Part shown: positions 28,457 to 36,926 of the stretch, in pieces
Layout of the letters: every line of letters starts with the position of its first letter
Numbering within the stretch: the first letter of the stretch is position 1
DNA from: Usitatibacter sp.
GTDB lineage: Bacteria > Pseudomonadota > Gammaproteobacteria > Burkholderiales > Usitatibacteraceae
Assembly: GCA_035719385.1 (NCBI GenBank)
Contig: DASTGG010000096.1
Span: 537-64,536, forward strand
Direction of reading: 5' to 3'
DNA: 64,000 bases
Program-made: the position numbers and the translations under genes
The notes under the pieces: model-generated
Databases searched by the model: none
What the model was told of the DNA's origin: nothing
What the model saw: only the letters and a program-made list of their open reading frames with translations

Positions 28457-29419
28457 ATGCGCCGCGTGCTGCGATCCGCAATCGTCTTCGCGCTGCTCGG
28501 CGTGCTGATGTATGCCGCCGTGTATGTCGCGGCCGACCGCCTCGTCTACCGCACGGGGCAATCGAACCCGCTCTACAAGATCGCCACCGCCGCGGCGCAC
28601 GAATACGACTGGGTGATCCTCGGCGCCTCGCACGCGATGACGCTCGATTTCGCGGCCTTCGCCGGCGAGATCGAGCGGGCCAGCGGGCAGCGCGTGATGA
28701 ATCTCGCCGCCCAGGGCACGGGACCGCTGTACCAGCGCTTCGTGCTCGAGGAATTCGCGCGCTCGCACCGCGCGCGCCGCGTGCTCTACGTGGTCGACTC
28801 GTTCGCCTTCTACTCCCCGCGCTGGAACGAGGAGCGCTTCGGCGACGCGAAGCTGCTGCGGCGCACGCCCTTCTCGCCGCGGGTCGCGATGCACCTGTAC
28901 GAATACGTCCGCCACGAAGGCGTGGAGGCGACGGCGCTGCTCGACTACGTGAGCGGGTTCTCGAAGGTGAACGACCGCGACCGGTTCGCGCGCGACGCAT
29001 GGGAAGGCGAAGCGCAGTTCGAGCGCGTCTATCGCTCGTCGTCGAGCGCGGTCGCCAAGCGCATCCAGTATCTCTATCCGGATGGCCTCACGCCGGCCCT
29101 GCGCGAGCGCTACCTGGGCGAGCTCGCCGACCTGCTCGATTTCGCGCGCGCACAGGGCATGCAGGTCGTGGTCGTGAAGATGCCCTTGCCCGATGCGTTC
29201 CGGCGCAAGCTCCCCGACGAGGACGTGTTCGACGAGGCGCTGGCGGCGGTGCTCGCCCCGCGTGGCATCGAGCTGCGCGATTTCTCGCAGGCGATGGGCG
29301 AGCCGGGGTTCTACTTCGACAGCGACCACCTCAACCGCGGCGGCCTGGCGCTGTTCCTCGAGCGCGACCTCGCCCCCCTGCTTTCGGGTACGGTATCGCC
29401 ACAGGCCTCGGCACGCTGA
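28457..29419 (+). CDS. Membrane-anchored SGNH/DltD-like acyltransferase or esterase
   Basis: N-terminal TM; ILGASH (block I Ser), NLAAQG, FDSDHLN (DxxH). Confidence 0.78.
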   Translation: MRRVLRSAIVFALLGVLMYAAVYVAADRLVYRTGQSNPLYKIATAAAHEYDWVILGASHAMTLDFAAFAGEIERASGQRVMNLAAQGTGPLYQRFVLEEFARSHRARRVLYVVDSFAFYSPRWNEERFGDAKLLRRTPFSPRVAMHLYEYVRHEGVEATALLDYVSGFSKVNDRDRFARDAWEGEAQFERVYRSSSSAVAKRIQYLYPDGLTPALRERYLGELADLLDFARAQGMQVVVVKMPLPDAFRRKLPDEDVFDEALAAVLAPRGIELRDFSQAMGEPGFYFDSDHLNRGGLALFLERDLAPLLSGTVSPQASAR

Positions 29420-29425
29420 CCCGAC

Positions 29426-29788
29426 ATGCGCAAGAAGAACCGTCCCTTTCGTGAAAGGCTGCGCTTCGCCTGGAACGGCCTGGCCGCCGCGTGGCGAGGC
29501 GAATCGAGCTTCCGCTGGCAGCTCGCGGCCGCCGCCGCCATCCTCGTCTTCGCCGCCGCGGTGCGCGCGCCGCCGATCTGGTGGGCGCTATTCATCCTGC
29601 TCGCCGTGCTCGTCCCCGCGATGGAGCTCCTGAACACGGCGCTCGAGCGCGTGATCGACCGCCTGCATCCGGAATTCCACCCGGACCTCGAAGTGGCGAA
29701 GGACTGCGCCGCGGCGGCCGTGCTCGTGCTCTCGGTCGGGGCGGTGCTGGTGTTCGCGGCCTTCGTGGTCGAGCGGTGGCTGCCATGA
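29426..29788 (+). CDS. dgkA: Diacylglycerol/undecaprenol kinase (DgkA family)
   Basis: R.RFAWNGL...E..FR, ELLNTALERVID, AKD.AAAAV. Confidence 0.88.
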   Translation: MRKKNRPFRERLRFAWNGLAAAWRGESSFRWQLAAAAAILVFAAAVRAPPIWWALFILLAVLVPAMELLNTALERVIDRLHPEFHPDLEVAKDCAAAAVLVLSVGAVLVFAAFVVERWLP

Positions 29789-30489
29789 GCGCGCCGCGCG
29801 TGCCGCTGCTGGCCGGCATCGCGATCTGCGCCGCGATCTTCGGGCTGGTCGCGCAAGGCCCCGGCACGCCGCTCGATCCCCGCGTGCTGGGCTGGTTCCG
29901 CGAGGCGCAGACGCCGGCGATGCGCGGGCTCTTCGGCGCGATCACGCTGCTCGGCGATTCGAACTTCGTGGCCGCCGCCACCGCGCTCGCGACGCTCGCC
30001 CTGCTGGCGGCGCAGCGTCCCCGCGATGCCGTGCTGCTCGCGGGATGCGTGTTCGCCGCGGCGCTGCTTTCGACCGAGCTGAAGATGCTCTTCGACCGCG
30101 TGCGTCCCACGGGGCGGTTGTACTCGTTCCCGAGCGGGCATGCGGCGCTCGCGATGGCGTTCTACGCCTCGCTCGCCTTCCTCTTCACGCGCGAGCGGCA
30201 TCGCGCCTTCGCGCGGCTCGCCATGGCCGGCGCGTGGATCGTCGCCGCGGCCGTCGGCGTGAGCCGCCTGTACCTCGGCGTCCACTGGCTGGGCGACGTG
30301 GTGGCGGGCGAAGCGCTGGGCTTCGCCGCCTTCCTGCTGCTCGTTTACGCCCGGTACGTCACCACCAGGTCGCCCACGCCGTCCACGTGCCCCTCGAGCT
30401 TGTCGCCCGCCTTGACGGGGCCGACGCCGGCCGGCGTGCCGGAGAAGATGAGGTCGCCCGGCTGCAGCGTGATGAGGTTGGACAGGTAG
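29785..30489 (+). CDS. PAP2 family phosphatase
   Basis: K..F.R.RP, YSFPSGHA, SRLYLGVHWLGDV; 3' end overlaps the convergent gene. Confidence 0.85.
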   Translation: MSAPRVPLLAGIAICAAIFGLVAQGPGTPLDPRVLGWFREAQTPAMRGLFGAITLLGDSNFVAAATALATLALLAAQRPRDAVLLAGCVFAAALLSTELKMLFDRVRPTGRLYSFPSGHAALAMAFYASLAFLFTRERHRAFARLAMAGAWIVAAAVGVSRLYLGVHWLGDVVAGEALGFAAFLLLVYARYVTTRSPTPSTCPSSLSPALTGPTPAGVPEKMRSPGCSVMRLDR

Positions 30490-31055
30490 TTGATCTGCTC
30501 GGGCACGCTCCAGATCTGCATCGCGAGGTCGCCCTGCTGCTTCACCTGGCCGTTCACCTTGAGCCAGATCGCGCCCTTCGCCGGGTGCCCGATCGCGCTC
30601 GCGGGCTTGAGCGCCGAGATCGGCGCCGACTGGTCGAAGCTCTTGCCCATCTCCCAGGGCCTCCCCATCTTCTTCGCCTCGCCCTGGATGTCGCGGCGCG
30701 TCATGTCGAGGCCGACCGCGTAGCCCCACACGTGCTCGAGCGCCTTCTCGACGGGGATGTTCCTGCCGCCCTTGTGGATGGCCACGACCATCTCGATCTC
30801 GTGGTGCACGTCCTTCGTGCCGACGGGATACGCGATCGTCGAGCCGCTCTCCACGATGGAGTTCGCCGCCTTCATGAAGAAGAACGGCGGCTCGCGGTCG
30901 GGATCATGCCCCATCTCGCGGGCGTGCTCGGCGTAGTTGCGGCCGACGCAGTAGATGCGCCCCACCGGGAAGCGCGCATCGCTCCCCTCCACAGGCAGCG
31001 AAGGGGTGGCGATGTCGATCACGTACTTGGCGTTGCGCAGGTCGTCTTTTCCCAT
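30345..31055 (-). CDS. Fumarylacetoacetate hydrolase family protein
   Basis: RIYCVGRNYAEHAREMG, HHEIE, DMTRRD, K.FD.SAP, GDLIFSGTPAGVG. Confidence 0.93.
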   Translation of the reverse strand: MGKDDLRNAKYVIDIATPSLPVEGSDARFPVGRIYCVGRNYAEHAREMGHDPDREPPFFFMKAANSIVESGSTIAYPVGTKDVHHEIEMVVAIHKGGRNIPVEKALEHVWGYAVGLDMTRRDIQGEAKKMGRPWEMGKSFDQSAPISALKPASAIGHPAKGAIWLKVNGQVKQQGDLAMQIWSVPEQINYLSNLITLQPGDLIFSGTPAGVGPVKAGDKLEGHVDGVGDLVVTYRA

Positions 31056-31064
31056 GGCTCTCTT

Positions 31065-32027
31065 TCAATCCTTCAGTTGGATGTTGCGTTCCTTCACCAG
31101 CTTCTTCATGCGCTCGATCTCCTGGTTGATCTGCGCCTTGAATTCCGCGGGCGAGTTGCCGACCGGGCGCGCGCCGACCTTCTCGATCTTCGCGCGGAAG
31201 TCGGGATCGGCCTCGACCTTCTTCATCGCCTCGCCCAGCTTCTTCACGACGTCCGGCGGCGTCTTCGCGGGCGCGAGCAGGCCGTACCAGGCCTCATCCG
31301 TGAAGCCCTTCAGGCCCGCCTCCTCCATCGTCATGATGTCGTAGCCGGGAATGCGCTTGGGCGAGATGACGCCCATGCCGCGCAGCTTGCCGCCGTCGAT
31401 GTACGGCTTGGAGGACGGGAACTGGTCGAAGATCATGTCCACCTGGCCGCCCATGACGTCCTGCATGCCGGGCCCCGAGCCCTTGTAGGGCACGTGGATG
31501 AGCTTCACGCCCGCATAGGCCTGGAACGACTCGCCGAGCATGTGGTTGATGCTGCCGACGCCCGAGGTCGCGAACGAGTACTTGTCCGGATTCGCCTTGA
31601 TCAGCGCGATCAGCTCCTTCAGGTCCTTCGCCTTGATCGTCGGCCCGACCGACAGCACGTTCGGCATCGAGGCGATGTTGGTGATGGGCTGGAAATCGGC
31701 GAGCGAATACTCCGGCTTCGGGTGCGCGGCCGGGTACACGATCATCGTGCTCACGGTTGCGATCGCAAGCGTGTAGCCATCGGCCTGGCCGCGCGCCACC
31801 TGCATCGTGCCGAGCGCGCCCGCGGCGCCGCCCACGTTCTCCACGATCACCGGCTGCCCGAGCTCCTTGCCCAGCGGCGCGGCGGCGAGCCGCGCGATGA
31901 TGTCCGTGCTGCCGCCCGCCGCGAAGGGCACGACGATCTTGATCGGCCGCGTGGGCCAGTTCTGCGCGAAGGCGGCGCCTGCGACGGCAAACGCCGTCGC
32001 CGCAAGAATCCATTTCCAGAGCCTCAT
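31065..32027 (-). CDS. Bug/TctC substrate-binding protein
   Basis: WPTRPI..PFAAGGSTD, DGYT, HVPYKGSGP. Confidence 0.93.
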   Translation of the reverse strand: MRLWKWILAATAFAVAGAAFAQNWPTRPIKIVVPFAAGGSTDIIARLAAAPLGKELGQPVIVENVGGAAGALGTMQVARGQADGYTLAIATVSTMIVYPAAHPKPEYSLADFQPITNIASMPNVLSVGPTIKAKDLKELIALIKANPDKYSFATSGVGSINHMLGESFQAYAGVKLIHVPYKGSGPGMQDVMGGQVDMIFDQFPSSKPYIDGGKLRGMGVISPKRIPGYDIMTMEEAGLKGFTDEAWYGLLAPAKTPPDVVKKLGEAMKKVEADPDFRAKIEKVGARPVGNSPAEFKAQINQEIERMKKLVKERNIQLKD

Positions 32028-32152
32028 GTCTCTCCTCTTCCGAAGGGTCGTTGGTCCAGGGGCAAACCGCTATTTTCGCCCATCTTGCGGATGGCCGTTT
32101 CATACCGCCGAGGTAGTAGGCTGTGCACTTCCCCGGCGATGTGGAGGCCCCC

Positions 32153-32521
32153 ATGGCGCGCGCGATCCTCGACGAACCCCACATCCATCCCGCCATCCGC
32201 GAGAAGATCGCGACGCACCGCGCCGACATCCTTCGCGAGGTCCAGGAGGCCATCGCCGCCAACGACGTCGTGGTCGTCGGGATGGCGCAGAACCCCTTTC
32301 CGAAGAAGGCCCGCAAGCTCCTCGATGCGGCGGGCATCCCGTACAAGTACCTCGGCTATGGCAGCTACCTGAGCGACTGGCGCCGCCGCAACGCGCTGAA
32401 GATGTGGACCGGGTGGCCGACGTTTCCCATGATCTTCGTCCGGGGGATCTTCGTCGGCGGCGCGGAGGACCTCGAGAAGCTGCTTGCGAGCGGCGAGCTG
32501 GCTCGAATGCTTTCGCGTTAG
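32153..32521 (+). CDS. Glutaredoxin-like protein lacking cysteines
   Basis: WPTFPMIFVRGIFVGG glutaredoxin signature; active-site position reads NPFP. Confidence 0.8.
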   Translation: MARAILDEPHIHPAIREKIATHRADILREVQEAIAANDVVVVGMAQNPFPKKARKLLDAAGIPYKYLGYGSYLSDWRRRNALKMWTGWPTFPMIFVRGIFVGGAEDLEKLLASGELARMLSR

Positions 32522-32529
32522 GGCGACCG

Positions 32530-33075
32530 GTGGCGGACGAAGGCGAATACGGCGGCAAGCACCGGCTCTCGTTCGAGGCCTATCACACCATTCCGGAAGC
32601 GTGGGAAGCGCCGGCGTTGCTCGAGGCGCACCGCGCGCTCGGCGGAACGGCCGACCTGCGCTCCACGCCCCGGCCGTCGCAAGGCCGCGCGGGCACGACC
32701 GATTTCCGCGCCGTCTGGTACAACCTGGCCGATGGCGCGCGCGCGGGAGATGCCGCCTGCATCGAGCTCGCCGTGCGGTTCATCGAGGCGCACCTCGTCA
32801 TCTCGTATGCCGGTTTCGCGCGCTCGCGCCTCGCCCGGGCGCTGCGGCACGCGAAGCTTTCGCCGGAGCAGGCGCAGCGGCTTTCGAGCCATTTCCTGCG
32901 GTTGCTCGAGGCCGACGAGCGCTGCGAGGAATTCTCCGAGTACCTGAGGCTGTGGCCGGCGGTGATCACGCCCGGCGACCGCGCCCGCGCGGCGGAAGTC
33001 GTGGCCCATGCGCCCGATCCCGAGGCGCCCTTCTGGCGGCGGCTGCGCACGCGGGTGGTCGACGCGGGCCGATGA
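32530..33075 (+). CDS. Hypothetical protein
   Basis: Protein-like composition from VADEGEYGGK; fills the gap after grx; start uncertain. Confidence 0.55.
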   Translation: MADEGEYGGKHRLSFEAYHTIPEAWEAPALLEAHRALGGTADLRSTPRPSQGRAGTTDFRAVWYNLADGARAGDAACIELAVRFIEAHLVISYAGFARSRLARALRHAKLSPEQAQRLSSHFLRLLEADERCEEFSEYLRLWPAVITPGDRARAAEVVAHAPDPEAPFWRRLRTRVVDAGR

Positions 33076-33101
33076 GCGCGAGGCGTCGGGCGCGCGCTCG
33101 C

Positions 33102-33773
33102 CTATGGTTCGCGCGCGTTTTCGCGCAGATGGCCGGCCTTCACGTAGAGGAGACAACCGCTTTCGCTGGCCGGCGCGTGCCGCGAACCGTGCGGGGTGCG
33201 AATCCACGTGCCGGCGGGATACGCGCCGAATTCGTCCGCGAAAGCGCCCTCGATGACGACGATCTCCTCGCCGCCGCCATGCTCGTGCGCGACGATGCGG
33301 GTGCCGGGCGCCCAGCGCTCCAGCGCAACGCGCTCCTCGCCGAAGGCATGCAGCGGGAGGATCGAAACGCCCGCCGCCCCACCCGCCTGCCAGGCCGCCT
33401 TGCGCGTATCGATCACGACGCGTTGGCGGTCGCCCGCATCGAACTGCCGCAGCTTCACGAAGATCGTGCAGCCCTCCTTCGTGTACGGCGCGTGGCGCGA
33501 CTCGATCGGGTTGCGCACGTAGTGCCCGGCGGGATAGGCGCCCTGCTCGTCGAAGAAGACGCCTTCGAGCACGAGGAACTCCTCGCCTCCGCCATGCGTG
33601 TGCGCCGGGAACCGCGAATCCGGCGCATAGCGCACGAAGCTCGTCGCGCGCGCGACCTCGCCACCCACGCGGTCCAGCATGCGCCGGTCCACGCCGGCGA
33701 TGGGCGAGGCGACCCACGGGACGTCCCCCGGGCGCACGACGACGCGTTCGGTGAAGTCGGCATTGATGAGCAT
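33102..33773 (-). CDS. ChrR-like tandem cupin protein
   Basis: INADF, WVASP..GV.RRMLDR.GGE.ARATS.VRY, two H.HGGGEE...G.F.DE.G.YPAG motifs. Confidence 0.88.
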   Translation of the reverse strand: MLINADFTERVVVRPGDVPWVASPIAGVDRRMLDRVGGEVARATSFVRYAPDSRFPAHTHGGGEEFLVLEGVFFDEQGAYPAGHYVRNPIESRHAPYTKEGCTIFVKLRQFDAGDRQRVVIDTRKAAWQAGGAAGVSILPLHAFGEERVALERWAPGTRIVAHEHGGGEEIVVIEGAFADEFGAYPAGTWIRTPHGSRHAPASESGCLLYVKAGHLRENAREP

Positions 33774-34275
33774 CCGCCTATTGTCGTCCAACGCCGGCGG
33801 CGCCGCGACAACGTGACGCATCGCGCTGCGACAAATCACCGCTTCCGGAGCCTTGCCCGCGAGCGCGCGTTTGACGAGACTTCTCTACAGGCACGGCCGG
33901 CGCGCGACGCGATTGCGAAGCGGGTGCGGCCGCCCTCCTCGCGCGATGAGAGCGGGTCGACCGTTGCGTCGATGGCATCGGGAGGTGACGGCGGTTGGCG
34001 GTCTCGAGGCCGCAGCCGCCGGACCATCGCCGACGAAGCGCTTGCCCGGCGCTTCCCGGCCCGATGCCAAGGGGCTGCCGATCGCGGTGGTGCGGCCACA
34101 CCACCTCCGACGGCGGCTTTCGACGGCGGACCCGGCTGTCGGCTTCGAAGCGCGCGGAGGGAACGTCAGGCAGGGCAGGCTGCGGTGCCAGGCGTAGCGA
34201 GGCGGCCGGGGGTTTCGCGCTCCAGCGGTGGGGTCGCGATTCCCCCGGCTGACCGGCACCAGGACGCAAGCCCCC

Positions 34276-34770
34276 CTAGGGCCTGCCCGAGAGGTGATCC
34301 TTCATCTTCATCAGCGCCACGGTGGCCGCGATGCCGCCCAACGTGTTGATGAGGCCCCGGTGCTGCGCATAGAAATCGCCCAGCTGGCTCGCCACGTCCG
34401 GGTGCACCTCGTTGGCGTGGTTGACGACGTCCTCCACCTGCTTTGGCGTAAGCTGCGCCGCCTGCTCGGGGGTGATCTGCGACTGGCCGGGCTTGATCAC
34501 GCCGGCGAGCGTGCCGCCTGCCAGGCCCGACACCACGCCCGGTCCGAGCGCAGCGATGAGGTGATTCAGCATCCCTGCCTGCTGCGCGCCGCTCGATTGC
34601 GAGAACAGCTGCGCCACCATGCTTCCGATCGCAGGTGTCTGCTCCGACGAGAACGCGGCGGCCAGCCCCTTGGAGAGGACGTCGCTCGGCGCGCTCTGCG
34701 CGACCTGGTTGAATTGCTGTGCTTCCCCGCCGCCGCCCACGGCCTGCATCAAGCTGTCGAGAAGTCCCAT
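34276..34770 (-). CDS. Hypothetical protein (YidB-like)
   Basis: MGLLDSLMQAVGG start after GGAAGGAG; helical Gln/Ala-rich sequence. Confidence 0.65.
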   Translation of the reverse strand: MGLLDSLMQAVGGGGEAQQFNQVAQSAPSDVLSKGLAAAFSSEQTPAIGSMVAQLFSQSSGAQQAGMLNHLIAALGPGVVSGLAGGTLAGVIKPGQSQITPEQAAQLTPKQVEDVVNHANEVHPDVASQLGDFYAQHRGLINTLGGIAATVALMKMKDHLSGRP

Positions 34771-34796
34771 TCCAAGCTCCTTCCGCTCTCGTGCAA

Positions 34797-35045
34797 CTAC
34801 TGCTTCCTCGTTACGAGGTGATAGCCGATCAACAGGACGACGGCGCCGACGATCGACGCGAGGAATCCTGCCGGATGGCCCTCGGGGTAGAAGCCCACCA
34901 TTTGCCCGACGAATGTCGCGGCGAGCGCGCCGGCGATTCCGAGAATCGCCGTCAGCCAGAATCCCTGCGGACCCGATCCCGGCGTTATCCACTTGGCGAT
35001 CAACCCAGCCGCGAATCCGATGAGAATCGTCCAGATCCAGTGCAT
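34797..35045 (-). CDS. GlsB/YeaQ/YmgE (transglycosylase-associated) membrane protein
   Basis: IGFAAGLIAKWITPG...LGIAGA...SIVGAVVLL. Confidence 0.88.
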   Translation of the reverse strand: MHWIWTILIGFAAGLIAKWITPGSGPQGFWLTAILGIAGALAATFVGQMVGFYPEGHPAGFLASIVGAVVLLIGYHLVTRKQ

Positions 35046-35075
35046 GTTCCCTCCCGTCGAGAGGTGAGCCCCGGG

Positions 35076-35390
35076 TCAGCCCTTGAGGCAATCGCTCATG
35101 AAGGCCTTGCGCTCGTCCCCCTTGAGCTTCTTCTTGCCCGCCTCGACGTTGCAGGTTTTCATCTTCTCCTGCTGCGTCGCGGGCTTCGCCGCGGCGCCGT
35201 CCTTGCCCTTGAGGCATTCGCTCATGAACTTCTTGTGCTCGGCGCCCTTCATGCCCTTCGATTCCGCCGCGCACTCGGACATGCGGGCCTGCTGAGGTGT
35301 GTTCTTCGGTGGATCCTTGGCGAGCGTCCAAGGCGGGAACAACGACGAGATGGATACCAGCATCACGGCACCCACGACTTTCGCTTTCAT
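35076..35390 (-). CDS. psiF: PsiF family protein
   Basis: Two repeats: QQARMSEC...HKKFMSECLK and QQEKMKTCN...ERKAFMSDCLK. Confidence 0.88.
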   Translation of the reverse strand: MKAKVVGAVMLVSISSLFPPWTLAKDPPKNTPQQARMSECAAESKGMKGAEHKKFMSECLKGKDGAAAKPATQQEKMKTCNVEAGKKKLKGDERKAFMSDCLKG

Positions 35391-35505
35391 GATGGACCTC
35401 CAATCGAGGAAGGACGATGCGCCGCGATATTGCGTGCCACGAAAGCGGCCGGTCAAGTCTAGCACCGCGAAGCCGTCGCCGATGGGCGACATCACCGCCT
35501 GCGGC

Positions 35506-36771
35506 TCACGCCGCCCGCAAGCGCTGCACGTTGTCGTCCGGGTCGCGGAACAGGTCGATCGCCTCGCCGACGGCCGCGGCCTTCAGCAGGCGCTCCTGCA
35601 CCTGGGCCGGCGACCAGCGATCCGCCTCGAGGGCCTGCGCGAACCGCGCGGCCGCATCCGCGTCGTCGAAGAACTTGAGGAACATCCGCTCGAGCTGGTC
35701 CCGGTCGCACAAGCCGAGCTCGAGGCGGAAGTCGACGCGCCCCGAGCGGATAGCCGCATCGTCGATCAGCTGCGGATGGTTCGTCGTGAGAAACACGACC
35801 GATCCCTCGTGCGCCGCGACACCGTCGAGCGCATTGATGAATCCCGAGTAGGACACCTTGACGCCGATGTCCGCCTTGCTGCGCTGCTGGAAGAACGCGT
35901 CGACGTCCTCGATCAGGATCACCGAGCGGCGCGGCACGCTCGCCAGCAGGTTTCCGATCTTCTCGTCGGTGACGTTCGGGGAGGCGAGGCTCAGCACGCA
36001 GACGTTCAGCGACAGCTCCGAGGCGAGCGCCGTGACCAGGGACGTCTTGCCCGTCCCGGGCGGCCCGTAAAGCAGGTAGCCACGACGCCACGGGATGCCG
36101 AGCGCCTCGTAACGCTCGCGCGCCGCGAAGAACTGGCGCAGGTCGGCGACGATGGCTTCCTTCTGCCCGGCCTTGAGCACGACCGAGTCGAGCTTGCGGT
36201 TGTTGCCGAGCCGCGCGCGCATCCACTCGTTGTTGTACGGGCTGGGGACATAGACCGCGATGCGGTTCAGCTCGCGCTCGATGCGCAGGTCCATGGCGGC
36301 GTTGACGATGGCCTCCAGCGGCCGCTTGTCGCGCCCGAACGTCGACAGCGCGATCTTCTCCATGACCGAGGTCGCCACCTGCACCTCGCGCTTCATCCAC
36401 ATGATGCGGCCGTCGAGGACGAACAGGTGGAAGCCCTCGCCGGGCGAGTACCGGGCGGCAGGCCGGCCGCCCTGCTGCAGCTCGTCGTGAAGGCTCTGGG
36501 AGGTGGAGCTCTGCTGGCGCACCGTGCGAACGGTGAAGTTGTTGATGCGGCGCAGCGCCTCGCGGCTGTCCATGTATTCGACCAGCGCCGGGAAGAGGAT
36601 CTCGTCGCGGCTGTCGACCGTGAGCGTCGTCACGAACAGGTGCTTTCCCCAGGCCGCCGCCTTGCCGGGCAGCTCGCGCAGCCAGATCGCGGCGATCCCG
36701 GCGAGCGCGAGGACGGCGCCACCGGACAGCAACTGGTTCGATGCGAAAGCGGACTGCAGCGATTCGAGCAC
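35506..36771 (-). CDS. BCS1-like AAA+ ATPase
   Basis: N-terminal TM; BCS1_N-like region (YSPGEGFH); GIPWRRGYLLYGPPGTGKTS, ILIEDVD, SGFINALDG, TTNH, RSGRVD. Confidence 0.82.
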   Translation of the reverse strand: MLESLQSAFASNQLLSGGAVLALAGIAAIWLRELPGKAAAWGKHLFVTTLTVDSRDEILFPALVEYMDSREALRRINNFTVRTVRQQSSTSQSLHDELQQGGRPAARYSPGEGFHLFVLDGRIMWMKREVQVATSVMEKIALSTFGRDKRPLEAIVNAAMDLRIERELNRIAVYVPSPYNNEWMRARLGNNRKLDSVVLKAGQKEAIVADLRQFFAARERYEALGIPWRRGYLLYGPPGTGKTSLVTALASELSLNVCVLSLASPNVTDEKIGNLLASVPRRSVILIEDVDAFFQQRSKADIGVKVSYSGFINALDGVAAHEGSVVFLTTNHPQLIDDAAIRSGRVDFRLELGLCDRDQLERMFLKFFDDADAAARFAQALEADRWSPAQVQERLLKAAAVGEAIDLFRDPDDNVQRLRAA

Positions 36772-36926
36772 GGGGCCTCCCGGACGGCCCAGGAATGGGC
36801 AGCGCCATTAACGCGCGAGTGGCCGCGGGGTTGACAGCCACGCTGGCCCGCGAGCAGAGCCGGTGCGGCGCTTCAGTTTCGTTTAAGGCTGGCGGCGTAT
36901 GGTGTGCAGCATCGGGTGCCTTCTCC

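Noticed and set aside
35425-35440. Possible sigma54 promoter (TGGCACG...) upstream of psiF on the minus strand
   Set aside because: The GG-N10-GC spacing is off by one and there is no TTGC.
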